A DNA stretch of 20,534 nucleotides from Nostoc sp. 'Peltigera membranacea cyanobiont' 232 (GCF_002245985.1 NZ_NOLK01000147.1:1-20534); one strand, 5' to 3'; shown: positions 1-9,581, numbered from the stretch's first letter. The notes: generated by a model not told the origin, from the sequence alone. Numbers and translations: made by a program.

Positions 1-200
1 TACCCCATAACTGAAATGGATAACAAATAAAAAAAACTCCTAATTGGTCTAAAACTAGGAGCTTCGTTTATTCATTGCTTGATAATTGCAGTATATGCAT
101 TTTTAATGATTTCTCTCATCTACTTAAAGAATTAAGCTAAGGTTTGAAAGCAGATACTCTTGTGCGATGGCGTACCCGCTCTTTTCGGTGGCGATCGCAC
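1..200. repeat. Copy A of a 200-bp direct repeat, identical to 11631..11830 except position 128 (a) versus 11758 (g). The left boundary is unknown because the window starts here.
   Basis: Base-by-base comparison of 1..200 with 11631..11830. Identity ends two bases after a HIP1 site (GCGATCGC at 191..198 / 11821..11828). Patchy similarity resumes around 277..300 versus 11841..11895. Confidence 0.95.
29..61 (-). terminator. Intrinsic terminator on the minus strand, inside repeat copy A
   Basis: Minus-strand RNA reads cuccuaguu-uuagacc-aauuaggag followed by U8. This is a 9-bp stem with a 7-nt loop. The one non-Watson-Crick pair is G.U on the minus strand but A-C on the plus strand, which favours minus-strand function. 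It lies about 300 nt downstream of the photolyase stop codon. Confidence 0.6.
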
Positions 201-359
201 TGAGATTTACTCAAAAAAGTAAGATTCTGGCGCTTAAGCAGCCGATGCATCATCACCAAGGGCGATCGCTCAAAGCAGTTAATTTTTCCTCGCTTGTATT
301 TTTTATGGGCATAGCCCGAATTTCACACGCTTCGGTGCGATCGCTATCCTTCTTCTTTT

Positions 360-1904
360 CTACTCTAGTTCTGCCTCTAATTCCTTGAATTCTTTGTACT
401 GTCTATCTTTGTGCTGCCAGTATTTATTGACTGTTTCTTTAGCTGCAACTGCACTTTCATATTCTGTTCCACCTTGGAGAGTTAATCTTTCTCTTACTTT
501 TTTCCGAAGGTCAGAGATGATTTTACCGTTAACTTTGCGGGTTTTAGCCCAATCTAAAATAGTTTGTGGATAAGAACTAGTGCCAATATATTTACCTTGA
601 ATAATTTCTGGTAGGCTGTACCCTTTTAGTTCGCTTATCCAATAGTAAATAAATTTGAGGTCTGGGTCTTTTTCCTGAATATTCTTATTTGGGTTATATA
701 TGCGAAAAGTATCACTAAGCGGATTAGTAACACCTGATTGCATCTGCCACTGCCAATTATCAATTGCTAAATCTCCATCTACTAAATAGTTCATATAATG
801 TCTAGCACCGTGATGCCAGGAAATACCACAGTTGATAGTTAAAAACGTTGCACACATTGCCCTCATGCGAAAGTTCATCCAACCCATAGTTTTTAGTTGT
901 CGCATACTGGCATCTACTAGGGGAAAGCCTGTCATTCCCTCCTGCCAAGCATGAAATAGTTCTTGTTTTTCTGGTGCTAACTCTAGGGGTGTATACCATT
1001 CATCAAATTCTGGATAACGGTTTTTGTAAGCTATTTCTGGGTAAAAATAAAGGCGTTGTGTAAAACTATCGTGCCAGCGTAGACGGTCACGAAATGCTTT
1101 TAAGGAAAATTCTGCTTTGGGCTGATTTGTAAGTTCTGCTGCCCGTGCTTTAGTACGTTGGTAAACAATGCGAGTTGAAATTGTACCAAAAGTCAGATGT
1201 GGTGATAAATGCGATGTTGCTCCTTGTTGTGCTAACCAAGGGCGTGAAAGTTTCCAATGATAACCATTAAATCTACTTTTAATAAATGAATTTAATGTAG
1301 CTTGTGCCTGTGTTTCTCCACCAAGAAAATATACCTGTGTTTGCAAAAAAGCACGATATTTATGTTTGAGTTCAGAAAATGTAATTTGGGGTACGTTTAG
1401 AGAAAGTGATGGAGTGTTGATATTAGTGGGAGTTTGATAAATAGATTGTCTCTGGTATGTGTAATACTCGTTAAACCACTGCTCACGTTTATCTTGTGAT
1501 TGTAAAAAGTTGTTTAGTCCCAGATGATAATCGAGATTTAATGCTTGATACAAATTAACTACGGTTTTATCTCGGCTAATACCATACTCGACTTGGACAT
1601 CACGATTTAAGTAGAGTTTTGGTCTATGTCCCTGCTGTGTTAATTGTTGAGTTAATTCTTGTATAATCTCTACAGAATTACCTTCAAATAATATTAGTTT
1701 GCTGCCTAATTTTTGTAACTTGCTATCTAGATTCTCTAAAGACTCAAACAAAAACCGCACCCGCCCTTTACCGACATCAACCCATTGATAAAACCAAGGG
1801 TCAATAATGAAGAATGGTAAAACTGCGGCATTATTGGCAGACGCTAAGGTGACAATTTCGTTGTCAGTCAAACGTAAGTCTCGACGAAACCACAGAAGGT
1901 GCAT
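360..1904 (-). CDS. Cryptochrome/DNA photolyase family flavoprotein (514 aa)
   Basis: The N-terminus MHLLWFRRDLRLTDN is typical of the photolyase alpha/beta domain. The C-terminal FAD-binding signatures are TGFPLVDASMRQL, GWMNFRMRAMCATFL and YLVDGDLAIDNWQWQ. The ORF is long and uninterrupted. Confidence 0.85.
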   Translation of the reverse strand: MHLLWFRRDLRLTDNEIVTLASANNAAVLPFFIIDPWFYQWVDVGKGRVRFLFESLENLDSKLQKLGSKLILFEGNSVEIIQELTQQLTQQGHRPKLYLNRDVQVEYGISRDKTVVNLYQALNLDYHLGLNNFLQSQDKREQWFNEYYTYQRQSIYQTPTNINTPSLSLNVPQITFSELKHKYRAFLQTQVYFLGGETQAQATLNSFIKSRFNGYHWKLSRPWLAQQGATSHLSPHLTFGTISTRIVYQRTKARAAELTNQPKAEFSLKAFRDRLRWHDSFTQRLYFYPEIAYKNRYPEFDEWYTPLELAPEKQELFHAWQEGMTGFPLVDASMRQLKTMGWMNFRMRAMCATFLTINCGISWHHGARHYMNYLVDGDLAIDNWQWQMQSGVTNPLSDTFRIYNPNKNIQEKDPDLKFIYYWISELKGYSLPEIIQGKYIGTSSYPQTILDWAKTRKVNGKIISDLRKKVRERLTLQGGTEYESAVAAKETVNKYWQHKDRQYKEFKELEAELE

Positions 1905-2078
1905 AACTCAATTTTCTATATCAACTTAATAATACAATTGTACTAAATAATTTTAATGGTGGAACTAAAACTATGACCTATACACGACTGTGGGGCGGCT
2001 TGTGCCGATTACTACGGTGATGATGGAAGTGGCAGGTGTGAAGATGGAGCAACTGTAGGGGTGCGAGGGGGCGATCGC

Positions 2079-2318
2079 CTACGGCGGCAAGCTACGCCTG
2101 TCTACTACATTTCCTCTAAGAACGCGATCGCCTATGCTGGGCTTTAAGAGCGATCGCACCCCATCAATCCCGCTTAAACACCGCCACCAACAACCCAACT
2201 GGTACCAGCCTAAGAGTGCAGCTTGAGGAGTGTAAAAAATCTGTTGGGAACCAAACACTGAACCATCGGGGCTAATCACGCGAAACTGCCAGCATTTACC
2301 AGGAGTGTAAAACACCAA
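2079..2318 (-). CDS. Possible small hypothetical protein; the C-terminal half runs into HIP1/dispersed-repeat sequence
   Basis: A GTG-start ORF. The first ~40 aa (VFYTPGKCWQFRVISPDGSVFGSQQIFYTPQAALLGWYQ) look protein-like. The rest is encoded by HIP1-rich repeat DNA. Confidence 0.25.
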   Translation of the reverse strand: MVFYTPGKCWQFRVISPDGSVFGSQQIFYTPQAALLGWYQLGCWWRCLSGIDGVRSLLKPSIGDRVLRGNVVDRRSLPP

Positions 2319-2384
2319 AAGAATATAGCCTGATAACTATTTAAATAACCTCAAAAATCAGAACAAACTTAATATTCTCAAAAC

Positions 2385-2843
2385 TCAAATATTAAACAGA
2401 TCAGGTCTATACAATCGTAAATCTCTTCCTAATTTACTATCGGCATCAAATCTAAATTGATAAAGTGGAATCATTTTAATCGAAGTAACTGGCTGGAACG
2501 GAAGTAGTTTAAAGAATTGTTTAGCAGGCTGATGGAAGTAAATCGCTTGTGTCGAAACGTTACCTGATTGAAATGGTGCTATACTCGCTACATTGCTCCA
2601 AGGGGATCTAGTACAAAAGCCGAATTGATGCAACTCAATCCCTTCTGGTGAAATGACAATTTCAGTGTTTGCAACTCCGATTAGAAAACTACCAATTATT
2701 ATAAATAAAATAAAACTGGATGCTAGAGTTGGCAGAAACATCCCCATTACTAAACAAAGAAATAGGCTGACAACAATAGTTATGCCTCCAATAGTAAGTA
2801 AGGATTTACGATTATTTTGGTGATAAACCTGTCTCAAGCTCAT
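2385..2843 (-). CDS. Hypothetical membrane protein (152 aa, two predicted TM helices plus a soluble C-terminal domain)
   Basis: There are two hydrophobic stretches, LLTIGGITIVVSLFLCLVMGMFL and SSFILFIIIGSFLIGVA, followed by a non-repetitive soluble tail. No family was recognised. Confidence 0.6.
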   Translation of the reverse strand: MSLRQVYHQNNRKSLLTIGGITIVVSLFLCLVMGMFLPTLASSFILFIIIGSFLIGVANTEIVISPEGIELHQFGFCTRSPWSNVASIAPFQSGNVSTQAIYFHQPAKQFFKLLPFQPVTSIKMIPLYQFRFDADSKLGRDLRLYRPDLFNI

Positions 2844-3391
2844 TGGGCAAACCTATAAAACTCGAATCCACACCATTAGGACATTTTGCACCATTACCAG
2901 TATCAAATCAATCAAATATTCTAATTTTATAATTTTTAGTTAACTGAGCATAGAACCGTCCAAAACCATGCCCTATACACGATTTTCTTCCTGCCTTTAG
3001 TACGTCCCGCTCATCGGTGAGATCCCGTGGGAGGGGAATAGCGGCGAGGGCGGTGATGAAATTTACAAAGTTTGGACGTGCGATCGCCATTCTGGTATTC
3101 ATAAGATATTAAGACAAAATCATTTTTGTAAACTAGTAATAATACTGGGAATATTCTTAAAAATTAGGTATTAAATTAATCTTTAGACTTGATTTTGAGG
3201 CAAGAATGAATGATGCTTTTAAATGTGACGCATAGGCGATGCCTAACGGCTGGCTACGCCTGAGTGGGATCACTTGTGTAAGTTCTCTTACCAAACAGCG
3301 TAGACAAGCATTTACCGCAGGGCGATCGCTTGTCTTTCGCCACCGTTTATAGTACATTTGCATTGATAAAACTGCTTAGAGAAAGCCACAG

Positions 3392-3421
3392 TCCCCGCCT
3401 CAAGTGCGGGGATTTTGTTTT
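3392..3421 (+). repeat. Hairpin plus U-tract element (terminator-like), copy 1 of a ~90-100 bp dispersed repeat
   Basis: TCCCCGC-ctcaagt-GCGGGGA followed by ttttgtttt. A related copy lies at 10986..11016. The flanks share gtgcgtag and ttttcctc blocks. There is no plus-strand ORF immediately upstream. Confidence 0.5.
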
Positions 3422-3654
3422 AGTAGTTGGGGTGATGGAGTGCGTAGAGACATCGCACTCATAGCAACTTTTCCTCGCTTGATTTTAAGTTCCACATCAC
3501 TTAAAAAACTCCCCTTCATTCAAGCAAGAAATTTTACTATAAAAACACAAATTGCGCGTATTCACTGATGTAAGCGGCAATTTCGCATGGTTAATATGTA
3601 GCAAATAATATAGCATCGGCTACTTAAGCTAGAAGGTAAAGTTTCTTTCATTAA

Positions 3655-3903
3655 ATGACTATCAAAAAACCCTTGGCCATTAAACAGCCAGAGGTGGGGC
3701 GAATCATTCGTGATTTGCGGCTTTTGGCTGGGCTAACGCAAGAACAGTATGCAGCCACTCTAGGCGTTACTTATACCACGATTAATCGTTGGGAAAATGG
3801 ACGATCAACGCCGTCGCCGCTAGCGATGGAGAAGATTGAGGGGATGTTGGAGAAGATGGGCGGCGAGGGTCAAGATTTGTTGGCTAAGTATTTGCCGAAT
3901 TAA
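3655..3903 (+). CDS. XRE-family helix-turn-helix transcriptional regulator (82 aa); candidate controller (C) protein of the downstream R-M module
   Basis: The HTH core is LAGLTQEQYAATLGVTYTTINRWENGRSTPS. It is small, on the same strand as res, and ends 88 bp upstream of it. Confidence 0.85.
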   Translation: MTIKKPLAIKQPEVGRIIRDLRLLAGLTQEQYAATLGVTYTTINRWENGRSTPSPLAMEKIEGMLEKMGGEGQDLLAKYLPN

Positions 3904-3990
3904 TTGTTTGCTCAGTTTTGGTATGAGCGGTAAGCGAAGCCATGCCTACGGCTTATCGCAGTAATTGGATTTAGTTCAGGGGATAACTAC

Positions 3991-6801
3991 ATGGTGCAAG
4001 CCAAACGCAGAGCAAATACTGCCAACACTATAGGGCTACTGATTCCGACCCTGCTGCAAGGTGAGGTTGAAGGATGGCGAAATACGGGCTGGGCTGGTGT
4101 TACACAGACTACATCAGAACTTTTGAGCTACTGGTTTGAAGAGGACAGAGACGGGCCACAGTTCCATCAATGCCAGCAGCGGGCGATTGAAACTATCATC
4201 TACTGCCATGAAATTTTAGGGATTGAAAACCCTTACCAGCTGTATGAGAATTTTGCTCCTGAAAGTCCTACAGTTCAAGCGGTTACTCGCTCAAAGGCTT
4301 TGCAGGATGAACTAAACCCGATTAGCTTCCCCAAATACTGCTTAAAAATGGCAACGGGTAGCGGTAAAACTTGGGTGTTAAATGCGCTCATAGTATGGCA
4401 CTACTTCAATGCTCTAAACGATGAGCGTCCTGGTTTATTTACCAGCCGTTTTTTGATTGTCACTCCTGGACGGGAAGTACAGAAGCGAATTTTAGTGTCT
4501 CTTGAATTTGACCTAAGCCAGCCGTTGTTTGTACCCCCTGGTACGCGATGGCGCGATCGCTTTTACTATGAGCTATATACCCCCGATGACTTTCGAGAAA
4601 ATCTTACTCTCACTGATGGCGCGTTTTTAATGGTGACAAACTGGCAGCAGTTCCGGTTTGCGAAGGATAAACCGTCACTGTGGGAAGAATTTATGGGGGA
4701 ACGTGAGTAAATTCCCAAAGCAGAAATTATTGCAGACTTGCTGACTGAATATCCTGATATCTGCGTTCTTAATGACGAGGCTCATCACGTCCACGCTACC
4801 AAACGACCCAATTCTGAAACAGGAAAAGATGAGGAGCTAATCTGGCGGCGGTTTATGACTTTCTTAAAGCAATGCCAACAAGAGCGTCATGAGTCAGCAC
4901 CATACCGAGTTTTTCAGCAGATTGATTTTTCAGCAACTCCCTTTTATGGCAGTGGAGACAATAAAGACTACTTCCCTCATATTGTCTATGACTACGATTT
5001 ACCCCAAGCTTCAACAGATATGCTGGTTAAGCAGCTATTCTTGGAACAGCGCCAGGGGGCTAACTTAGCTGATTTGGACTTTAGGGCAGAACGCACACCA
5101 GCTATAGGGAGAAAGCGGGGTGAAATTATTGGCTTGTCCCGTGGTCAGAAAATCATGCTGGAGATTGGCAAATCCAAACTAGAGCAGCTGACACAGGAAT
5201 TTAAAGTTAATGGGATTAACCGCAAGCCTGTAATGCTGGTATTAGCTGAGGAAACAGATGTTGCTGACCTTGTGGGTGAACACTTCGCCGCCTTGCCTGA
5301 TGAAGATGGCAACTACTACGACAGTGAGCGCGTGGTGGTTTACCATTCCAACTTAAAAGACGCTGATTATAAGACTGCTGAGGTAAAGCTAGAAGACATC
5401 GACAACGGCAATAAACCCCTGCGGGTGGTAGTGTCGGTGCTATCAGTTCGAGAAGGTTTTGACCGTCATAACATTTGTGTAATTGTCATGCTCCGAGCCA
5501 GTGAAGCTGACCTACTCCTGGAGCAAGTTGTTGGGCGTGGTCTACGGGTGATGTTCCCAGATTACAAACCTGAGTATGACCAGATTCAAGACCTAAAGAA
5601 AGAAGCACGGCAGCAACTTCTCAACCGGGAACAGCCCAGCAACGCTTTTGATTGTTTGTTCCTGGTGGAACACCCCAAGTTTAAGGACTTTTACGAGAAC
5701 TACTTGCGATCGCAGGGTTACACTGTTGGCTCAGGTGACAGTTCGGGACAAAAGGCCGCGGGTGATTTAGTTGTAGTAGATGCTGATACTTTACGAATTC
5801 CCAAGTATGACATTTGCTGGCCTATACAAATTTTTGACAATACCCCTATCCCTAACTTAGCTGATATTGAAGTGAATTCTTTGGGGCATTACCCAGTCAA
5901 GTTTTCATTACAAAAACAGATGTCAGCTAAGACGTTGATAACTGATGTTCACGTTGAGACAGAAACGAAGGCTAAGACTTGGGTACTAGAAAACGATTAC
6001 TTTGACTACAACTTTTTCTTACAGCAAATAGCTAGGACGGTTACACAGTCAGGTAAGATGATGCACCTAACCGCCTTCAGTTCTGAGATTGCCGCTTTAG
6101 CAGATGAATATGTCAGCCGTTGGCTATTCACCGAAGACATTGATTTCACTGACCCTGAGAACTATATAGTTCTTCAAAGTCAGCAGATAGTTGATTTTAT
6201 CGTTAAACAAATCCGTTCTGCGATCGCACGGGCGACAGGTGACTTGCAATATCAGCCTGGGGCAGTGTGGCGCAAACTGTCTGATGTCTCTCGGCTATTG
6301 ATGCGACAGTCAAACATGGTAGCTGTACAGCGCTGCATTTATCCTTATCAGGCTGTGCAGACGGTTAAGGGGGGGTTTGAGCGGCGGATTATCAGCAAAC
6401 TGCTGAATCCATCACCGGAAGTTTTAGCATTTGCCAAGCTAGACCGGAAGCACGATTTGATTATTGCGTGGCGAGATGACCGAGGAATTCAGCGCAAGTA
6501 TGAGCCAGATTTTGTTGTTAAAACTGCTGACCGGATATTTTTGTTTGAGACAAAGGGCGACCACCTTATAGGCGACCCCAGCACAGCTTTGAAGGCTCAG
6601 GCTGCTGTTGCTTGGTGTAAGGCTGCTTCTACAGTAACTCCGCCGGGATCGCAGCCTCAAGAGTGGGAGTACATCATTCTCAAACAAAGTGTGTTTGAAA
6701 CACATGAAGGTGCTTCCTTTAATGCGCTACTGCCAATAATGCGAATGGAACGAGAGGCGCTGATTGCTGGGCTTTATGGTGAATTAGGTTTGAATATTTA
6801 G
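3991..6801 (+). pseudogene. res: Type III-like restriction enzyme Res subunit (SF2 helicase plus C-terminal PD-(D/E)xK nuclease), interrupted by an in-frame TAA at 4708..4710
   Basis: ORFs 3991..4710 and 4738..6801 are in the same frame. Walker A (ATGSGKT, ~4354..4371) lies in the first ORF. The DEAH box (NDEAHH, 4774..4785) lies in the second. The codons between them read through as IPKAEIIADL. The nuclease motif is YEPDFVV...FLFETKG at ~6499..6558. The combined length of ~936 aa is typical of Res. Confidence 0.8.
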
Positions 6802-6809
6802 GAGGAATT

Positions 6810-6992
6810 ATGAGTGAACTAACAAGAGGCAGACGCAAAGATTCAGTAAAAATGATGTGGGATACAAAGCCAAAACGCGCTCCCAATCCCAGAGATATTG
6901 AGTTCCAAACTGCTGAAATTGTAATTCCTAATCCTCAACAGGATCAGGGTAATATTCCTTTATTTGTAACTCCAGAGTACGGAAGTAGCTAA
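6810..6992 (+). CDS. 60-codon ORF that looks like the original N-terminus of the mod methyltransferase; in frame with 7023..8912 and separated from it by TAATAA
   Basis: A strong SD (AGGAGG at 6801..6806) begins inside the res stop codon TAG (6799..6801). KMMWDTKPKRAPNPRDIEFQTAE resembles the L-x-W-x-x-K N-terminal leader seen ahead of the GDNL motif in Type III Mod proteins. 6810 and 7023 are in the same frame. Confidence 0.5.
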   Translation: MSELTRGRRKDSVKMMWDTKPKRAPNPRDIEFQTAEIVIPNPQQDQGNIPLFVTPEYGSS

Positions 6993-7022
6993 TAAATAAA
7001 ATCTAGACTAAATGAATATATT

Positions 7023-8912
7023 ATGATATTTGATGAGATGAATAAGTTCAAAGCAAATCGTTTAATCTGGGGCGATAACTTACTTGCAATGCAGGCACTT
7101 TTGTCTCAGGGCTATGCTGGTCAAATTGATTTAATTTATATTGATCCACCATTTAATAGTGATGCTGATTACTCTTACGAAATGACTATAGAGGGTCAGC
7201 AAGTTGAAAAAGAAGCTAGCATAATTGAGCGACTAGCATACACTGATACATGGGAAACAGGTATAGATTCATACTTGGATATGATGTATCCACGCTTGCA
7301 GTTGATGAAAAGATTATTGAGTGACTCTGGAAGTATATATGTGCATTGTGATTGGCGAGTAAACAGTCATTTAAGAATTCTTCTTGAAGAAGTTTTTGGC
7401 ACTAGAAATTTTGTCAACGAAATTATTTGGAAGCGTCGTGGTGGTGCGCTTAATAACTCTAAAAGTTATGGTGCTGTAACTGACACAATATTCTTATTTA
7501 AGAAATCTGATAATTTTATATTTTATCCACTTAAATCAAAAGCATCAGAAGAAGTTAAGGAATATATCAAACAGAGATTTGTTTATGATGATGGTGATGG
7601 AAGGCTTTACAGTCGTGACCCAGTTACTAATCCTTCATCTACTCCAAGCTCAAGTTTAATTTATGAATACAAAGGATATAAACCGCCTGCTAAAGGTTGG
7701 GCATTTTCAATGGAAACTATGGAAGAATGGGATAGTAAAGGAAAATTATATTTTCCTTCTAACAAATCACAAAGAATTAGAAGAAAGACTTTTTTAGATG
7801 AGTACGAAGGGCAGCCTATTCAAAATTTATGGAATGATATTTATGTAATTAATTCTCAGGCAAATGAATATCTTGGCTATCCTACCCAAAAACCAGAAGC
7901 TCTTCTAGAACGTATCATCCAAACTTCATCCAATGAAAATTCTCTAGTCGCTGATTTCTTCTGCGGCAGTGGCACAACAATGGCAGTAGCAGAAAAACTC
8001 AACCGTCGCTGGATTGGTTGCAACCTTGACAAAGTAGGTATCCAAGTTTCTCGTAATCGCTTAGTTAATCAGGGCGCTAAACCCTTCTTACTAGAAAACA
8101 TAGGCAACTACCAGCGCCACATGATTTATCTATCTGGTAGCAAAATCAATGAAATGCAGCGAATTATCCTTAAGCTATACGGAGCAGCACCCAGAAGCGA
8201 TCGCCCCGACCTTGGAAGCCACACCCCCGACGGGCAAGAACCTGAATTGGTGTATGTAGGCTATCCAGACAGACCTGTGACTGCCAAAAAAGTAATCGAA
8301 CTGGCTCAAGAGGCTGAAATTCTCGACGGTACAGGCTACAAAACGCTAGTAGTATTGGCCTGGGATTATGACTACAATTTCAACACCGAACTAGAGAACC
8401 GAAAAGCGGCGTTGAGAACCCCGCTCAAGGTTAACATCAAGCCCCTGACCATTCCCCCAGAAATCTACAACTATCTTAGGAAGGCTAAGAATGAAGACGA
8501 GTTAGATAGTCTACGGGACAAAATTACATTCCATGAAAAGCCTTATCTAAAAGTTAGCAAGCCAGAAGTGAGCAATGCTGGCGATGGCAAAGTAGTCATT
8601 ACTCTGAAGATTGACCGCTATGTGTTGATGAACTATCCCATTCCAGAAGCAGAACAGGTGGAACTTCGTAAGGTTATTAAGGACAACTTTGCTGCGCTCA
8701 TCGACTACTGGGCGATTGATTGGGATTACGACGGTAAAACCTTCCGCTCTACTTGGCAGGCTATTCGAGGTAATGGGAAACAGGCATCAACTGTAGTAAC
8801 TATGGCTGCAAGCCCAGAACTGCCGAGCGGGAAACGTGCGATCGCAGTTCGTCTGGTCGATGTCTTCGGCAATGATGCCAGTGCAACGGTAGAGGTCTGG
8901 AGTTTAGACTAA
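7023..8912 (+). CDS. mod: Beta-class N6-adenine/N4-cytosine DNA methyltransferase (Type III Mod-like, 629 aa) with a long C-terminal extension
   Basis: NRLIWGDNLLAMQ is followed by motif IV (IYIDPPF, 7143..7154), then YPTQKPEALLERII, then motif I (FFCGSGTT, 7956..7979). The order IV-TRD-I defines the beta class. There is no SD before the 7023 ATG. Confidence 0.85.
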   Translation: MIFDEMNKFKANRLIWGDNLLAMQALLSQGYAGQIDLIYIDPPFNSDADYSYEMTIEGQQVEKEASIIERLAYTDTWETGIDSYLDMMYPRLQLMKRLLSDSGSIYVHCDWRVNSHLRILLEEVFGTRNFVNEIIWKRRGGALNNSKSYGAVTDTIFLFKKSDNFIFYPLKSKASEEVKEYIKQRFVYDDGDGRLYSRDPVTNPSSTPSSSLIYEYKGYKPPAKGWAFSMETMEEWDSKGKLYFPSNKSQRIRRKTFLDEYEGQPIQNLWNDIYVINSQANEYLGYPTQKPEALLERIIQTSSNENSLVADFFCGSGTTMAVAEKLNRRWIGCNLDKVGIQVSRNRLVNQGAKPFLLENIGNYQRHMIYLSGSKINEMQRIILKLYGAAPRSDRPDLGSHTPDGQEPELVYVGYPDRPVTAKKVIELAQEAEILDGTGYKTLVVLAWDYDYNFNTELENRKAALRTPLKVNIKPLTIPPEIYNYLRKAKNEDELDSLRDKITFHEKPYLKVSKPEVSNAGDGKVVITLKIDRYVLMNYPIPEAEQVELRKVIKDNFAALIDYWAIDWDYDGKTFRSTWQAIRGNGKQASTVVTMAASPELPSGKRAIAVRLVDVFGNDASATVEVWSLD

Positions 8913-8981
8913 GCCATACAAAATGACCCAGCAGGGCTGAGTTAATCAGAGACTTAGCAAAAGTATGAATAATCTAAGGTA

Positions 8982-9410
8982 TTAAACAGCAACAGATGCT
9001 TCTTTACGTGGTCGTGTTACTGTTTTTTTAACAATCGGGCATCGGTTTTTACGGTGACGCTTTTTTCCTGCTTCCCAACCAGGGGACTTTCCGCGAGGTT
9101 TGGGTGGAAGGGCTGGAGTACCAATCAGCGCAAAAACTCCACCCATAGTTTGAGCGACTCGTCCAGGAGTCAAATTATCGAGTGACTTCTGCCAAGGTAA
9201 AGGATTATCAGTCACAATATCACGAGCTAACCACAACTCCCAAGTCATAAAAGGCATTAAGTCACTCCACCGCTCGCATTGTTTAGGAGTGCCTAGCTTG
9301 GGAACAGTCCAATGTAAGCGTTGTTTCAAAAAACGATACCAGTGTTCAACGGTAAAGCGACGCAAGTAAAGTCGCCAAACTTCTTCTATTGAAGGCATTT
9401 CCTCTCCCAC
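8982..9410 (-). pseudogene. C-terminal fragment of an IS4-family-type DDE transposase (IS remnant)
   Basis: YLRRFTVEHWYRFLK fits the Y-(2)-R-(3)-E-(6)-K signature of IS4-type transposases. Only ~140 aa are present. The frame is closed by a TAA a few codons upstream of the GTG, and the DD part of the catalytic triad is missing. Confidence 0.7.
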
Positions 9411-9581
9411 CCCCCTATTCGATTATCATTATTGTATTCTTGTCTCACAGGCATACTACACAATAATTGTTAAAGGTCAGGGATGCTTTAAGGCTGACAA
9501 GATAGTATTTTTAACCTCTAATTCCTTTTTATTTGCGTTCTCTCATATCGCTTTTAGTCTAAACTCCAGGAGAAAGAAACA

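Noticed and set aside
1-200. The possibility that the repeat at the window start is a circular-contig overlap artefact
   Set aside because: The second copy is internal (11631..11830), not at the other end of the window. The two copies also differ by one base and have different flanks.
167-999. Small ORFs 167..388(+), 385..573(+) and 802..999(-)
   Set aside because: The first is built from HIP1/repeat DNA (AIA/RSL peptides). The other two lie inside or antisense to the photolyase gene, in the wrong frame.
2908-3363. ORFs 2908..3102(-) and 3157..3363(-)
   Set aside because: Both consist largely of HIP1 sites and the ctacgcc/ggcgatgcc-type dispersed repeats. They share a cctatacacga… block with 1977..2080 and have no recognisable protein features.
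4708-6995. The idea that the in-frame TAA in res and the TAATAA in mod reflect stop-codon reassignment or programmed read-through
   Set aside because: TAA is used as a normal terminator by several intact genes in this window (the HTH gene, mod, the NB-ARC/TPR gene, parA). No recoding signals are evident, so pseudogenisation or a recombination junction is the simpler explanation.
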